Assembly: GCF_000172995.2 (NCBI RefSeq) | Contig: NC_014735.1 | Coordinates: 1 to 32,000 of the forward strand | DNA length: 32,000 bases | Direction of reading: 5' to 3' | Source: Halogeometricum borinquense DSM 11551 | GTDB taxonomy: Archaea > Halobacteriota > Halobacteria > Halobacteriales > Haloferacaceae | Part shown: one piece after another, positions 9,593-17,711 of the stretch | Layout of the letters: each line of letters opens with the position of its first letter | How positions within the stretch are numbered: position 1 is the stretch's first letter | Notes under the pieces: generated by a model | Database searches by the model: none | The model's input: the letters and a program-made list of their open reading frames with translations, nothing else | What the model was told of the DNA's origin: nothing | Position numbers and translations under genes: made by a program

Positions 9593-10452
9593 TTAGAGGT
9601 CGACACGCTGGAACCGAACATAACCAACAAACAATGCTCCACCGCCGAGTATGACAAGTGCGCCAATCGAGAAGAAGAGCAGCGACAGTTCACCCATTGG
9701 GACAGCGGTATCTTTCAGTGAGGTGATCCACTCGCCGACCCAAATAAGCGTATGAATCGGATTGAGCCATTCCACGTAAAGAAACCAGGCGGGACTGTTC
9801 CCGGTGGCCGCCGCGTTCAGTGATGGATAGTCAACGATCCTGCAAACACTAGCGAGAACAGGCACATGACTACCATATCCCAGATCCTCGTAACTGGACT
9901 AAAGAACAGGTACGTGCCACAAATAGCAGCTAAGACACGAAACGGTGAGGTGAATGCTGCGGAAACACCGACGACAAAGGTGGTCCAGACGCTGGTGTAG
10001 AACAGAAGCCACCCGGCAGTCAACCCGAATGCGACGAGGGGAATACCACCGTAGACACTGCTCATCAACACGCCGAGAACCACAAACAGCGGCAGCAGCG
10101 TGACCACGACGAGCGACAGCCTCGACACAAGTTTCGCTAGCAAAACGTCTCGTTTGGTAGCAGGAAGTCCGAGGCGAAGTTTTAGTGTTCCTGACTCCCG
10201 TTCGCCCACAACTGCTCGAAACGCGAGGGCGACTGCGAGCGCAATAAATACGTCCGGAAATGAAACGGGAACAGAGACATCGCCTCTCGTGGCGAGGTCC
10301 AGATTTCGTGTCGAATTCCTTCTACGAGGTTCGGAATAGTAACAAACAGCAGTAGCACGAACGCTCCCAACTTTCTTCTAAATCCGCTGCAGAGCGCTCG
10401 CTGAGTTGGTCTGCGAGAGCTATTCCAAACTCACTCAACGGCCGACTCATTC
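9593..10452 (-). pseudogene. ABC-2-type transporter permease, multiply frameshifted
   Basis: Four successive frames carry the pieces: MSRPLSEFGIALADQLSERS; GAFVLLLFVTIPNLVEG; FPDVFIALAVALAFRAVVGERESGTLKLRLGLPATKRDVLLAKLVSR...; NSPAWFLYVEWLNPIHTLIWV...FVGYVRFQRVDL. The ERESGTLKL motif is typical of ABC-2 permeases. Confidence 0.7.
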
Positions 10453-10651
10453 CTCACGTTGGCTTAACTAGACACCGCCAAGAATACTGATATTACCTTC
10501 TAATTAGAAAGTAAACTGGGCAGTCTACGACTTACCGTTACCTATTCAGGATCGAATGGAATACGCAACTCGCCCATAACCAACATGGATAAGCCATTCG
10601 ACAGCCCAGACTCAAACAGAATTAAATATCCCTTCACAATTGGTCTATAAC

Positions 10652-11653
10652 ATGCATATAAGTCATCCAGCATCAGAAAAACATCTAGAGGGGGGGATCA
10701 AAACGTCAATTCAAAACCAGCGGGAGGCATTCGAGAAGCAGGGAATTTCGTATACACCGCGGTTTTCTCGTGATGCAGAGATACTGCATCTGAACGTTCC
10801 AACGCCCCGTACATACGTCCAACTTCGACGTGCGAAACGAGCGGGGATTCCAGTCGTGATGCACACACACGAGATCGGCGAGAACTTCCAAGAGAGCTTC
10901 CGCCTATCGACCACGTTTTCCCCGATTGTCCGCCGGTACGTAGATTTCTTCTACAAACGCGCCGACCACTTAATCGCCCCATCGGAATATGCAAAACGAG
11001 TACTCAAACAGCGTGGACTGAACACACCAATCTCAGTCGTTACGAACGGGATCGACCCGGATCGCTTAGCTGGTGTGTACACAGGCGAATACAGTCCGAA
11101 ATCGACAATAGAGAGAAACGGAGAACAGGAAAGTAGACTCACCGTAGCTAACGCGTCTATCCTCTTCGAACGGAAAGGACTATCCGACTTTACAGCCGTT
11201 GCTCGTCAGCTACAGGATGTGAACTTCGCCTGGTTTGGCCCTCGATTTAATCGATTTCTCACTGGATCCAGCGTAGATAAAACCATACAACAGGCACCGA
11301 GCAACTGCGTATTCCCCGGGTTCGCAGACGACGTACGAGATGTCTACGCTGCAAGCGACGTATTTTTCTTCCCGACAAAAAGTGAGACAGAAGGAATCTC
11401 GATCATCGAAGCCGCATACTGCGGGATTCCAATTGTCACGCGGGATATCCCAGTCTACGAACCGCTCTTAGAACACGGCACGCACTGTTTGAAGGGAAGT
11501 TCGGTAGAGGAATTCAAAAACCACATCAAACTACTGCAGAACGACCCGGAACTCCGGAAACGACTCGGAGAGAATGCACGAGAGCTCGCAGAGCAATTCA
11601 CGATTGGTGCAGTAGGCAAAGAGCTAGAAAGCGTATATCAGACTACAGTTTAG
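10652..11653 (+). CDS. Glycosyltransferase family 4 (GT-B fold)
   Basis: C-terminal donor-binding motifs ERKGL...FFFPTKSETEGISIIEAAYCGIPIVTRDIPVYE (the E-x7-E region). ATG at 10652; a TTG at 10640 is an alternative start. Confidence 0.85.
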   Translation: MHISHPASEKHLEGGIKTSIQNQREAFEKQGISYTPRFSRDAEILHLNVPTPRTYVQLRRAKRAGIPVVMHTHEIGENFQESFRLSTTFSPIVRRYVDFFYKRADHLIAPSEYAKRVLKQRGLNTPISVVTNGIDPDRLAGVYTGEYSPKSTIERNGEQESRLTVANASILFERKGLSDFTAVARQLQDVNFAWFGPRFNRFLTGSSVDKTIQQAPSNCVFPGFADDVRDVYAASDVFFFPTKSETEGISIIEAAYCGIPIVTRDIPVYEPLLEHGTHCLKGSSVEEFKNHIKLLQNDPELRKRLGENARELAEQFTIGAVGKELESVYQTTV

Positions 11654-11728
11654 TTCGCTTCTGTATCTGAAGACAGCAACGTCACATATAATCGCTTGAA
11701 CCTTAACGGTCCTTAATACCGGGGAGTT

Positions 11729-12016
11729 CTACTTGAACTCGGCCTGCACGAACTCCGGCGCGTCCTCGATCTCCACGACCGTCGTCTCGTGAACGCTGTG
11801 TGCTTCTTCGCCGTCGTAGTCGACGTAGTACAGCTCGTCGACGTGAAAGTGCATCAGTTCCCGTGTGCAGAACTGGAGTTCCCACGGACCGGTCGGATAC
11901 GTCGTCCAGAGCAGCCACGGCCCGTTCAAGCTGCCCGGTGGCGACTCTCCGGGATTGTGCGCGAGCCACCACTCCTTGTCGTCCTTCCGAGGTATACGGC
12001 GCAGTTGAACCGATGA
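11729..12016 (-). pseudogene. Probable C-terminal gene fragment without a credible start
   Basis: The frame is open from 12016 and reads ...RKDDKEWWLAHNPGESPPGSLNGPWLLWTTYPTGPWELQFCTRELMHFHVDELYYVDYDGEEAHSVHETTVVEIEDAPEFVQAEFK. There is no ATG or GTG before an internal TTG at 11929. It abuts the ATG of the opposing gene at 12013. Confidence 0.3.
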
Positions 12017-12759
12017 TCACGAACGGGGATTTCGTTCCCCAGTTCGGCAAGGGTGACGTGTACGAGCTGGTGACGGCGCACGATAGCGTCGATCAAGAGG
12101 GATTCGTGGCACGCGTTCCGACGAAGAACACCCTCGACGATGGGATCACTGTAACGGTCGGGGCATACGCTTCTTCGATCGGCGGAGAAGACCTTCAGGT
12201 CCGCGTCACGGCGACCAAAGGCGGTCGTGAACTAGCAACGCTGTACGCCGACGCCAAGACCTTAGAGAACGAGGAGAACGGGTATCGGAACTTCATTCCT
12301 TCCAACGCTCAAGGCGGCGTCATCTCCGATAGCAGCGTGTCGAAACAGGACATCCCCGGATGGAGCGACATTCGTGACGCCGCTGAGTCAGTCATCGAGA
12401 ACGGCCAAGAGATCCTGAGCGGTACCGCAGACAAGTTCACTGAAACTGCCGACTACCTTGGCGACGAACTCGATGGTGCCGTAGACGAGGCCTACGAACA
12501 GACGGAACCGCTGTTCGATTCGGTGGAGCTCACACCAACCCCCGATGAGGAACCGCCAGTAGATCTCGTCGACAAGGCAAACGAGCTTGGTGCCGAGTAC
12601 GTCGAGACGGTCGATCTCAAACGAAGCTGCTACATCGTCGGTGTCACGCTACAGCGGCGCGATCTCGGTTTCCATGACAGGTGTCGGCGCAGGAGCCGGG
12701 ACGCTCGCGATTCTCGGCGCGGGCGCACTCGCAACTATCGCTGGTTGCCAGCTGCTTGA
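12013..12759 (+). CDS. Acidic hypothetical protein; the 3' end is probably frame-disrupted
   Basis: ATG at 12013 (MITNGDFVPQFGKGDVYELV...). Composition is halophile-like and acidic to about 12620, then an atypical Arg-rich tail (RCRRRSRDARDSRRGRTRNYR). Over the same stretch the +1 frame looks coding. Confidence 0.5.
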   Translation: MITNGDFVPQFGKGDVYELVTAHDSVDQEGFVARVPTKNTLDDGITVTVGAYASSIGGEDLQVRVTATKGGRELATLYADAKTLENEENGYRNFIPSNAQGGVISDSSVSKQDIPGWSDIRDAAESVIENGQEILSGTADKFTETADYLGDELDGAVDEAYEQTEPLFDSVELTPTPDEEPPVDLVDKANELGAEYVETVDLKRSCYIVGVTLQRRDLGFHDRCRRRSRDARDSRRGRTRNYRWLPAA

Positions 12760-12877
12760 TCTCATCAATACTTTTAAGGCCGACTCAAGCTGTAACTTCA
12801 GATACGCGTACATCTTCGAGGAGACAGACATCCACGGTGACACCGAGAACTGGCTAATCGCGGTGCTCTGCGAGTAA
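12674..12877 (+). CDS. Small lipobox peptide, or C-terminal part of the upstream gene after a frameshift
   Basis: MTGVGAGAGTLAILGAGALATIAGC (hydrophobic segment ending in an IAGC lipobox), followed by 42 residues after the lipobox Cys containing 2 further Cys (QLLDLINTFKADSSCNFRYAYIFEETDIHGDTENWLIAVLCE). Confidence 0.4.
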   Translation: MTGVGAGAGTLAILGAGALATIAGCQLLDLINTFKADSSCNFRYAYIFEETDIHGDTENWLIAVLCE

Positions 12878-12901
12878 TCGACCGAGATCCGGCTTTGACC
12901 C

Positions 12902-13189
12902 ATGACCAAATCATCACAGGCGACCGACGACGGGACCGAGATCAGATCGGACTCGAAACGAATGAGGTCGATCCTCGCAGTCGTGGGGGTCGGCACACTG
13001 GTAATAGGGGCATGGAAACTCGTCGCCGGCAATCCCGTGACGGCCGGGTCGATGTTCGTGTTCACAACACTGTGTGTCGCAAATCTCCGCTCCGAAACCG
13101 TCCGCCGATGGATGGACGATCATCCGATCGTGGTGTTGATCGCACTCATTCCCGTGGCCGTCGTCGGTGTTGTCGCCGCGATGCCGTAA
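12902..13189 (+). CDS. Small membrane protein (about 3 TM)
   Basis: 95 aa: a charged N-terminus followed by three hydrophobic segments. Confidence 0.55.
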   Translation: MTKSSQATDDGTEIRSDSKRMRSILAVVGVGTLVIGAWKLVAGNPVTAGSMFVFTTLCVANLRSETVRRWMDDHPIVVLIALIPVAVVGVVAAMP

Positions 13190-13298
13190 CCGACTGAAAT
13201 AAGAAACGGCATCGGATTTTCGAGCGTCATCCTGAAGACTGACTCTCACACCCATTTCAGATATCACTGCTTTGTTGAATCCGATGACGGCGTGGGGA

Positions 13299-13830
13299 TC
13301 ACTGTTTGAGAGCTTGTTCGAGGTTGTGGACTGCGGCGGTCAACACGAGTTCGCGGAACTCGCGGTACCATGCGCGAGGGTGGACAGCGGGGCCGAACCG
13401 ACGCTTGATGGCCGAAAAGGCGGTCTCGGCCATCCAGCGCTGACCGTATAATTCGCTGTCCAACCGTGCGTTGTGGGCGTGATCGTACGCAGCGAACAGT
13501 CGATGGCGCAGCAAGGGCCGGACGCCCTCTGAACGGAGGGCGTCCCGGAGTGATTGGTCGTCATAGCCTTTGTCGCCGGCGAGAATCTCGATTTTTTCTC
13601 GGTGTTGCGAAGAGCGACTCGACGGCCAGTTTGGGTGTCGTGAAGCCAGTGTGCCGAGCAGTGACGACGACGTTCCTCACGCTCGCCGGCCAGCACATCG
13701 GGTTCGACCCACCCGACTAACCGGCTGTTCTCCGCTGGGTTCGCTCAGCGCGTAGCCGCTGCTCTCGCGTTCTCCCCCAGTTTTCGCGTGTTTCATCGGA
13801 CACTCGGTGTCGTCGCATCGAGATAATATC
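13299..13830 (-). pseudogene. N-terminally truncated, frameshifted DDE transposase (IS4/IS5 superfamily type)
   Basis: The C-terminal part is intact: EILAGDKGYDDQSLRDALRSEGVRPLLRHRLFAAYDHAHNARLDSELYGQRWMAETAFSAIKRRFGPAVHPRAWYREFRELVLTAAVHNLEQALKQ. Upstream, VVVTARHTGFTTPKLAVESLF lies in another frame, with the shift near the A-run at about 13585. No N-terminal domain is recognisable. Confidence 0.75.
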
Positions 13831-14370
13831 TCGCACCCCCTGATTTCCCGTCGAAGAACAGCGGAACGACCGGAGTGCCAACCGATTATTCAGTCACCTT
13901 TCCATCTTCTTTCTGTATCCAACTCATCCTCGACATTAGAAAAAGCCAATTTGCGTTTTACAGACGAAAAGAGAGGTCGTGCTCTAATTTAGATTCGATG
14001 TATTCCTGCTCTCCAGCTAAGCGATGTGGAGTCCCATCGCTACTCTTTGTTCAGTGCAGGTTTCAATACAGCAGAAACCGTACTTGGCTCGTGTAGCGAT
14101 CAGTTCCGCTGTCTACTCGGTCACAGCGCTCTAAACAATTATGGTACAGGTTTCAGCACCGGGGAAGTCTGTAGTGGCAAAGAAACTAAATTGATGAGTA
14201 GCAGTCTTATCTACAACTTCTTGGCGATACTCGAACAAGCGCCGCGGTATATTACGTACCATGGTTCCAATCCCCTCTCGAACACTCGTATCCGGGGTTC
14301 CGTTAACCGGGGATGTTTTCAATTTGCATTGGTTGTGAAATTATCCATCCCAAAGTAAATAACCGATCGC

Positions 14371-15264
14371 ATGACAACCAATTATCAGATGAGTCTCAGC
14401 ATACAAAATCTAGGAAAACGGTACACCGAAGACGTCTGGGGCGTTCGAAACATCGATCTTGAGTTAGATACCGGTGTTCACGGTCTTCTCGGACCGAACG
14501 GTGCTGGCAAGTCCTCGCTCATGCGGATGATTACGACCGTTATGGAACCGACAAAAGGGTCAATCAGGTGGAACGGCACGGACGTACTCGATTCGCCGGG
14601 AACGATCCGATCGGTTCTGGGCTACCTTCCGCAGGATTTCGGCGTGTATCCCGATTTGACATTGGAGGAGTTCCTCGAGTACGTCGGTGCGTTGCGGTCG
14701 GTGGACTCGAAGACCGTGGCCGCTCGTATCGACGAACTGATCGCGCTGACGAATCTGGAACAGGCTCGCGACCGTAAACTCAAGACCTTCTCCGGCGGAA
14801 TGCGTCAACGGGCAGGAATCGCCCAAGCGCTACTCAACGATCCGGGACTGTTGGTGGTCGACGAACCAACAGTCGGTCTCGATCCGGAGGAGCGTGTCAG
14901 ATTCCGCAATATCATCTCCGATCTGTCGTCAGACCGTGTTGTGATACTCTCAACACACATCGTACCGGACATTGAGGCCACAGCGAACACGATTGCCCTG
15001 CTGGACGACGGGGAACTACTCACCCACACTGATCCCGAGTCACTAATCAAGACTGTCAAAGGGAAGGTCTACACGTACACCACTGACCAGTCCAACCTCG
15101 ACAAGATCCGATCCGATCAGATTATCTCGGGCACTGTCAGTCGCTCGGATGGCATCGAACTCCGGGTGATAGCCGAGGAGCCACCGCATGAGAACGCACG
15201 TGTTGTCCCTCCAACGCTTGAAGATGCCTACCTCTGGCGTGTTGGCCCACAGGTGGCCCGATAG
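14371..15264 (+). CDS. ABC transporter ATP-binding protein
   Basis: Walker A GPNGAGKSS, Q-loop, signature FSGGMRQRAGIA, Walker B LLVVDEPTVGLD and H-loop STHIV, plus a C-terminal accessory domain. The stop is directly followed by the next ATG. Confidence 0.9.
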   Translation: MTTNYQMSLSIQNLGKRYTEDVWGVRNIDLELDTGVHGLLGPNGAGKSSLMRMITTVMEPTKGSIRWNGTDVLDSPGTIRSVLGYLPQDFGVYPDLTLEEFLEYVGALRSVDSKTVAARIDELIALTNLEQARDRKLKTFSGGMRQRAGIAQALLNDPGLLVVDEPTVGLDPEERVRFRNIISDLSSDRVVILSTHIVPDIEATANTIALLDDGELLTHTDPESLIKTVKGKVYTYTTDQSNLDKIRSDQIISGTVSRSDGIELRVIAEEPPHENARVVPPTLEDAYLWRVGPQVAR

Positions 15265-16869
15265 ATGCGCCAGATCTATCATGTGGCCCGAGCCGACTTT
15301 CTCCAGCGAGTCCGTTCGAGCCGACTGATCGCTTTGTTGGCGTTCGTTATATATCTCGGCTATCTCGTCAATACCGGGGAGATCGATCTCGTCTTTCAAC
15401 AGTCCGTGGCTGGTGGCGCCCTTAACAACTACCGTGGAGTGAATAACGCAGCCTGGATTGGCGCTAAAGCAGGGTTGACAGGGAGCTTCTTTGTGGTGTT
15501 CGTTGGGTTCTATCTGGTTAAGAATAGTCTATATCGTGACCGGTCCACAGAAGTCAGTGAACTCCTCGCATCGATGCCGATCTCGAATCCCCGATATCTG
15601 TTAGGAAAGTGGTTGAGCAATGGAGCGTACCTTGGATTAATTGTCAGCGTACTGGGATTGTCAGCCGTCGTTGTGCATGTAGTACACGGTGTCGGTCCCA
15701 CCAACCCGATCAAACTGCTCTTGCCAGTAGTACTATTGGCCATTCCGACTGCCTTTTTCATCGGTGGGGTTGCGCTGCTAGTCGAGACCGTTGAACCCCT
15801 GAACAACACCGCTGGCAACATCCTCTACTTTTTCGGCACGCTCGCGCTCATGAATGTTTTTTATACTGGGACGGTAGCAAACGGCGTCGTGTCCGGGATA
15901 ACCGGCTACTTCGATCCGTTTGGATATACTCCAATCTACGTAGCAATGTACGATTCGGTTCTGTCTATCGCTCCAAACTACACTGGTGGCGTACCGGCTT
16001 TCGGACCGATTTATGTAGAACAAACAATATTTACTTGGAGTGGAGGGGGATGGCCGCTATGGGTGTACCCACAGCGTGCCGGAATGATCGTCGCTGGGGT
16101 CAGTCTCACGGTCTTCGGTACTCTCACATTCAATAGATTCGACCCATCGAAAACAGGGTCGGGGAGGACCACATCACTGCTCCGACGGCTGTTGCCGGAG
16201 CGGTCGTCAACTGAGAGCGTGACTGAACCGCCAGCACCGACGGAGGTCACACTTACACCAGTCAAAACACGAACCGGTAGCGGTCTCTTCCGAATTCTTC
16301 TCGGCGAGTTCCGCATGACCCTGTCCAAGCTCCCGTGGTGGTGGTATCTAGGCGCAGTCGGGATTATTGCAGCCAGCTTAATCCGTCCACAAAATAGAGG
16401 CCCAATTCTACTAATAGCACTCATCTGGCCAATATTCGTCCTGTCGTCGATGGGAGTTCGCGCACAGCGCCATCGTATGGAACCGCTGATCTTCTCGTCC
16501 AACAGCGCGTACACGCAACTCTTCGCCGAGTGGATTGTTGGGGTGACAATCATCGCGGTGCTGGTTGGGAGCAGTATTGGTCTTACCGCCCTGTTGACCT
16601 CGACACCAGTGTTGTTGGGCTATGTAGCGGCGATACTCTTCGTTCCGTCACTTGCTTTAAGTGTCGGTATCTGGAGCGGAAGATCAGAACTATTCGAAGT
16701 GCTGTATCTTGTTATCTGGTTTGTCGGCCCGGCCAACGGACTAAAGCCCGTAGTGTTCACCGCAACGGAAGCTACGGCTCTGTCAACAGTGAGCGTTATT
16801 GTGTACATCTGTCTGGGGCTCTGCTTGTTCGTGGCTAGCTTCGTTCACCGCTCTCGACAGATGGTTTGA
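15265..16869 (+). CDS. Large polytopic ABC transporter permease
   Basis: 534 aa with many TM segments in two blocks separated by a Ser/Thr/Pro-rich loop. The ATG follows the ATPase stop codon with no gap. Confidence 0.8.
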   Translation: MRQIYHVARADFLQRVRSSRLIALLAFVIYLGYLVNTGEIDLVFQQSVAGGALNNYRGVNNAAWIGAKAGLTGSFFVVFVGFYLVKNSLYRDRSTEVSELLASMPISNPRYLLGKWLSNGAYLGLIVSVLGLSAVVVHVVHGVGPTNPIKLLLPVVLLAIPTAFFIGGVALLVETVEPLNNTAGNILYFFGTLALMNVFYTGTVANGVVSGITGYFDPFGYTPIYVAMYDSVLSIAPNYTGGVPAFGPIYVEQTIFTWSGGGWPLWVYPQRAGMIVAGVSLTVFGTLTFNRFDPSKTGSGRTTSLLRRLLPERSSTESVTEPPAPTEVTLTPVKTRTGSGLFRILLGEFRMTLSKLPWWWYLGAVGIIAASLIRPQNRGPILLIALIWPIFVLSSMGVRAQRHRMEPLIFSSNSAYTQLFAEWIVGVTIIAVLVGSSIGLTALLTSTPVLLGYVAAILFVPSLALSVGIWSGRSELFEVLYLVIWFVGPANGLKPVVFTATEATALSTVSVIVYICLGLCLFVASFVHRSRQMV

Positions 16870-16905
16870 GATTTGCTACTCTGAAGGGCGAAGCATTCGT
16901 CTCGA

Positions 16906-16911
16906 TTTTTT
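16906..16911 (+). terminator. Oligo-T tract downstream of the permease gene
   Basis: T6 run 37 nt after the stop at 16869. Archaeal termination commonly uses oligo-T tracts. Confidence 0.3.
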
Positions 16912-17128
16912 GAGTGGCTGGGGTTCAGTCCGTTCCACCGCTGGCACCGATACCCCCGAGCGCTCGCTACGAAGTAATTGCGGTCGGGAGTGTGCATCAA
17001 GAGTCAACAGACAGTGTGTGCATGGGACATATAAAAGGACGAATCCGGTTCGACAATATTTCTGTAATTTCTTTATCACTTTTCTCCTGGCTAGAATTAA
17101 TTACTTATCCGCCCATGGTCAAATCGTC

Positions 17129-17296
17129 ATGTCAAGTGACACTACCGCACTGAACGTCCAGTACAAAGACGAAGGCAACCTGACGAATGATGTCGGTACT
17201 CTCGACCTCACTGAAACTCACGAGTCGATAGAAACCGACGAGGTTGAAAAAAAGATGGACGACTGGGTGGATAGCTGCTTCGTCGCAAGCTGTTAA
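17129..17296 (+). CDS. 55-aa acidic peptide with a C-terminal Cys-containing hydrophobic end; candidate precursor peptide
   Basis: ATG at 17129 gives MSSDTTALNVQYKDEGNLTNDVGTLDLTETHESIETDEVEKKMDDWVDSCFVASC followed by the stop. It forms the tail of the tracked 165-aa ORF 16799..17296, whose upstream part is basic, Cys-rich and non-halophilic. An AT-rich region lies upstream, and a hairpin plus T-run lies downstream. Confidence 0.5.
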   Translation: MSSDTTALNVQYKDEGNLTNDVGTLDLTETHESIETDEVEKKMDDWVDSCFVASC

Positions 17297-17330
17297 ACGG
17301 CACCCATTTCATAGAGTCGAACGGCAAGAA

Positions 17331-17350
17331 CCTCCGCCTGCAGGCGGAGG
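17331..17350. terminator. Perfect GC-rich hairpin downstream of the small ORF
   Basis: CCTCCGCC-TGCA-GGCGGAGG, an 8-bp stem with a 4-nt loop, 35 nt after the stop codon. A T4 run follows at 17399-17402. Function unproven. Confidence 0.3.
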
Positions 17351-17711
17351 CTAAAGCCGGCCGAGTGGCAAACCGCGTCTGATCGTCTTGAACCGATCTT
17401 TTATACTAATATTTAATCTACAGGCTGCCCCATTAAAATGTAGGAATTATCATACCAGATCTGACTCCGATGATGATACCTGTGCCCGAAAATTGTGGTA
17501 ATCCACCAATTGGACTGCGAACCTGAAACTCCTACCGCTCAGAATTCCTCCGTTGCCACGGAAGAGAACAATTCAAGGTGATGATTCCTCCTACAGTATA
17601 AGAATTACCCGCGTCTCTTACAGTGGAGGTTACTTCTCTCCGAGAATACTTGAACAGTGTAAACACCAGACATGATTAATATAATAAGGACGTGGCCTGA
17701 ACCACGGTACG

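Noticed and set aside
11800-12012. Arg-rich 71-codon extension upstream of MITNGDF, plus the overlapping 115-aa ORF 11703..12050
   Set aside because: The composition (RRRSRRSTARRRE...) is non-halophilic. This is a GC-rich-DNA frame artefact, and the sequence becomes protein-like at ATG 12013.
13875-14358. Small ORFs in the spacer upstream of the ABC ATPase (13875..14096, 14026..14358, 14131..14322)
   Set aside because: The region is AT-rich and the translations are Cys/Phe/Ser-rich and non-acidic, with mutually overlapping frames. No motif is present, so this is more likely promoter or relic DNA.
16011-16553. 180-aa minus-strand ORF inside the permease gene. Similar shadows occur at 23572..24090, 22394..22744, 4546..4998 and 4633..5088.
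   Set aside because: All lie antisense to, or out of frame with, genes that have clear motifs or TM architecture. Their composition is basic and Arg/Ser-rich, unlike the acidic proteome of this window.
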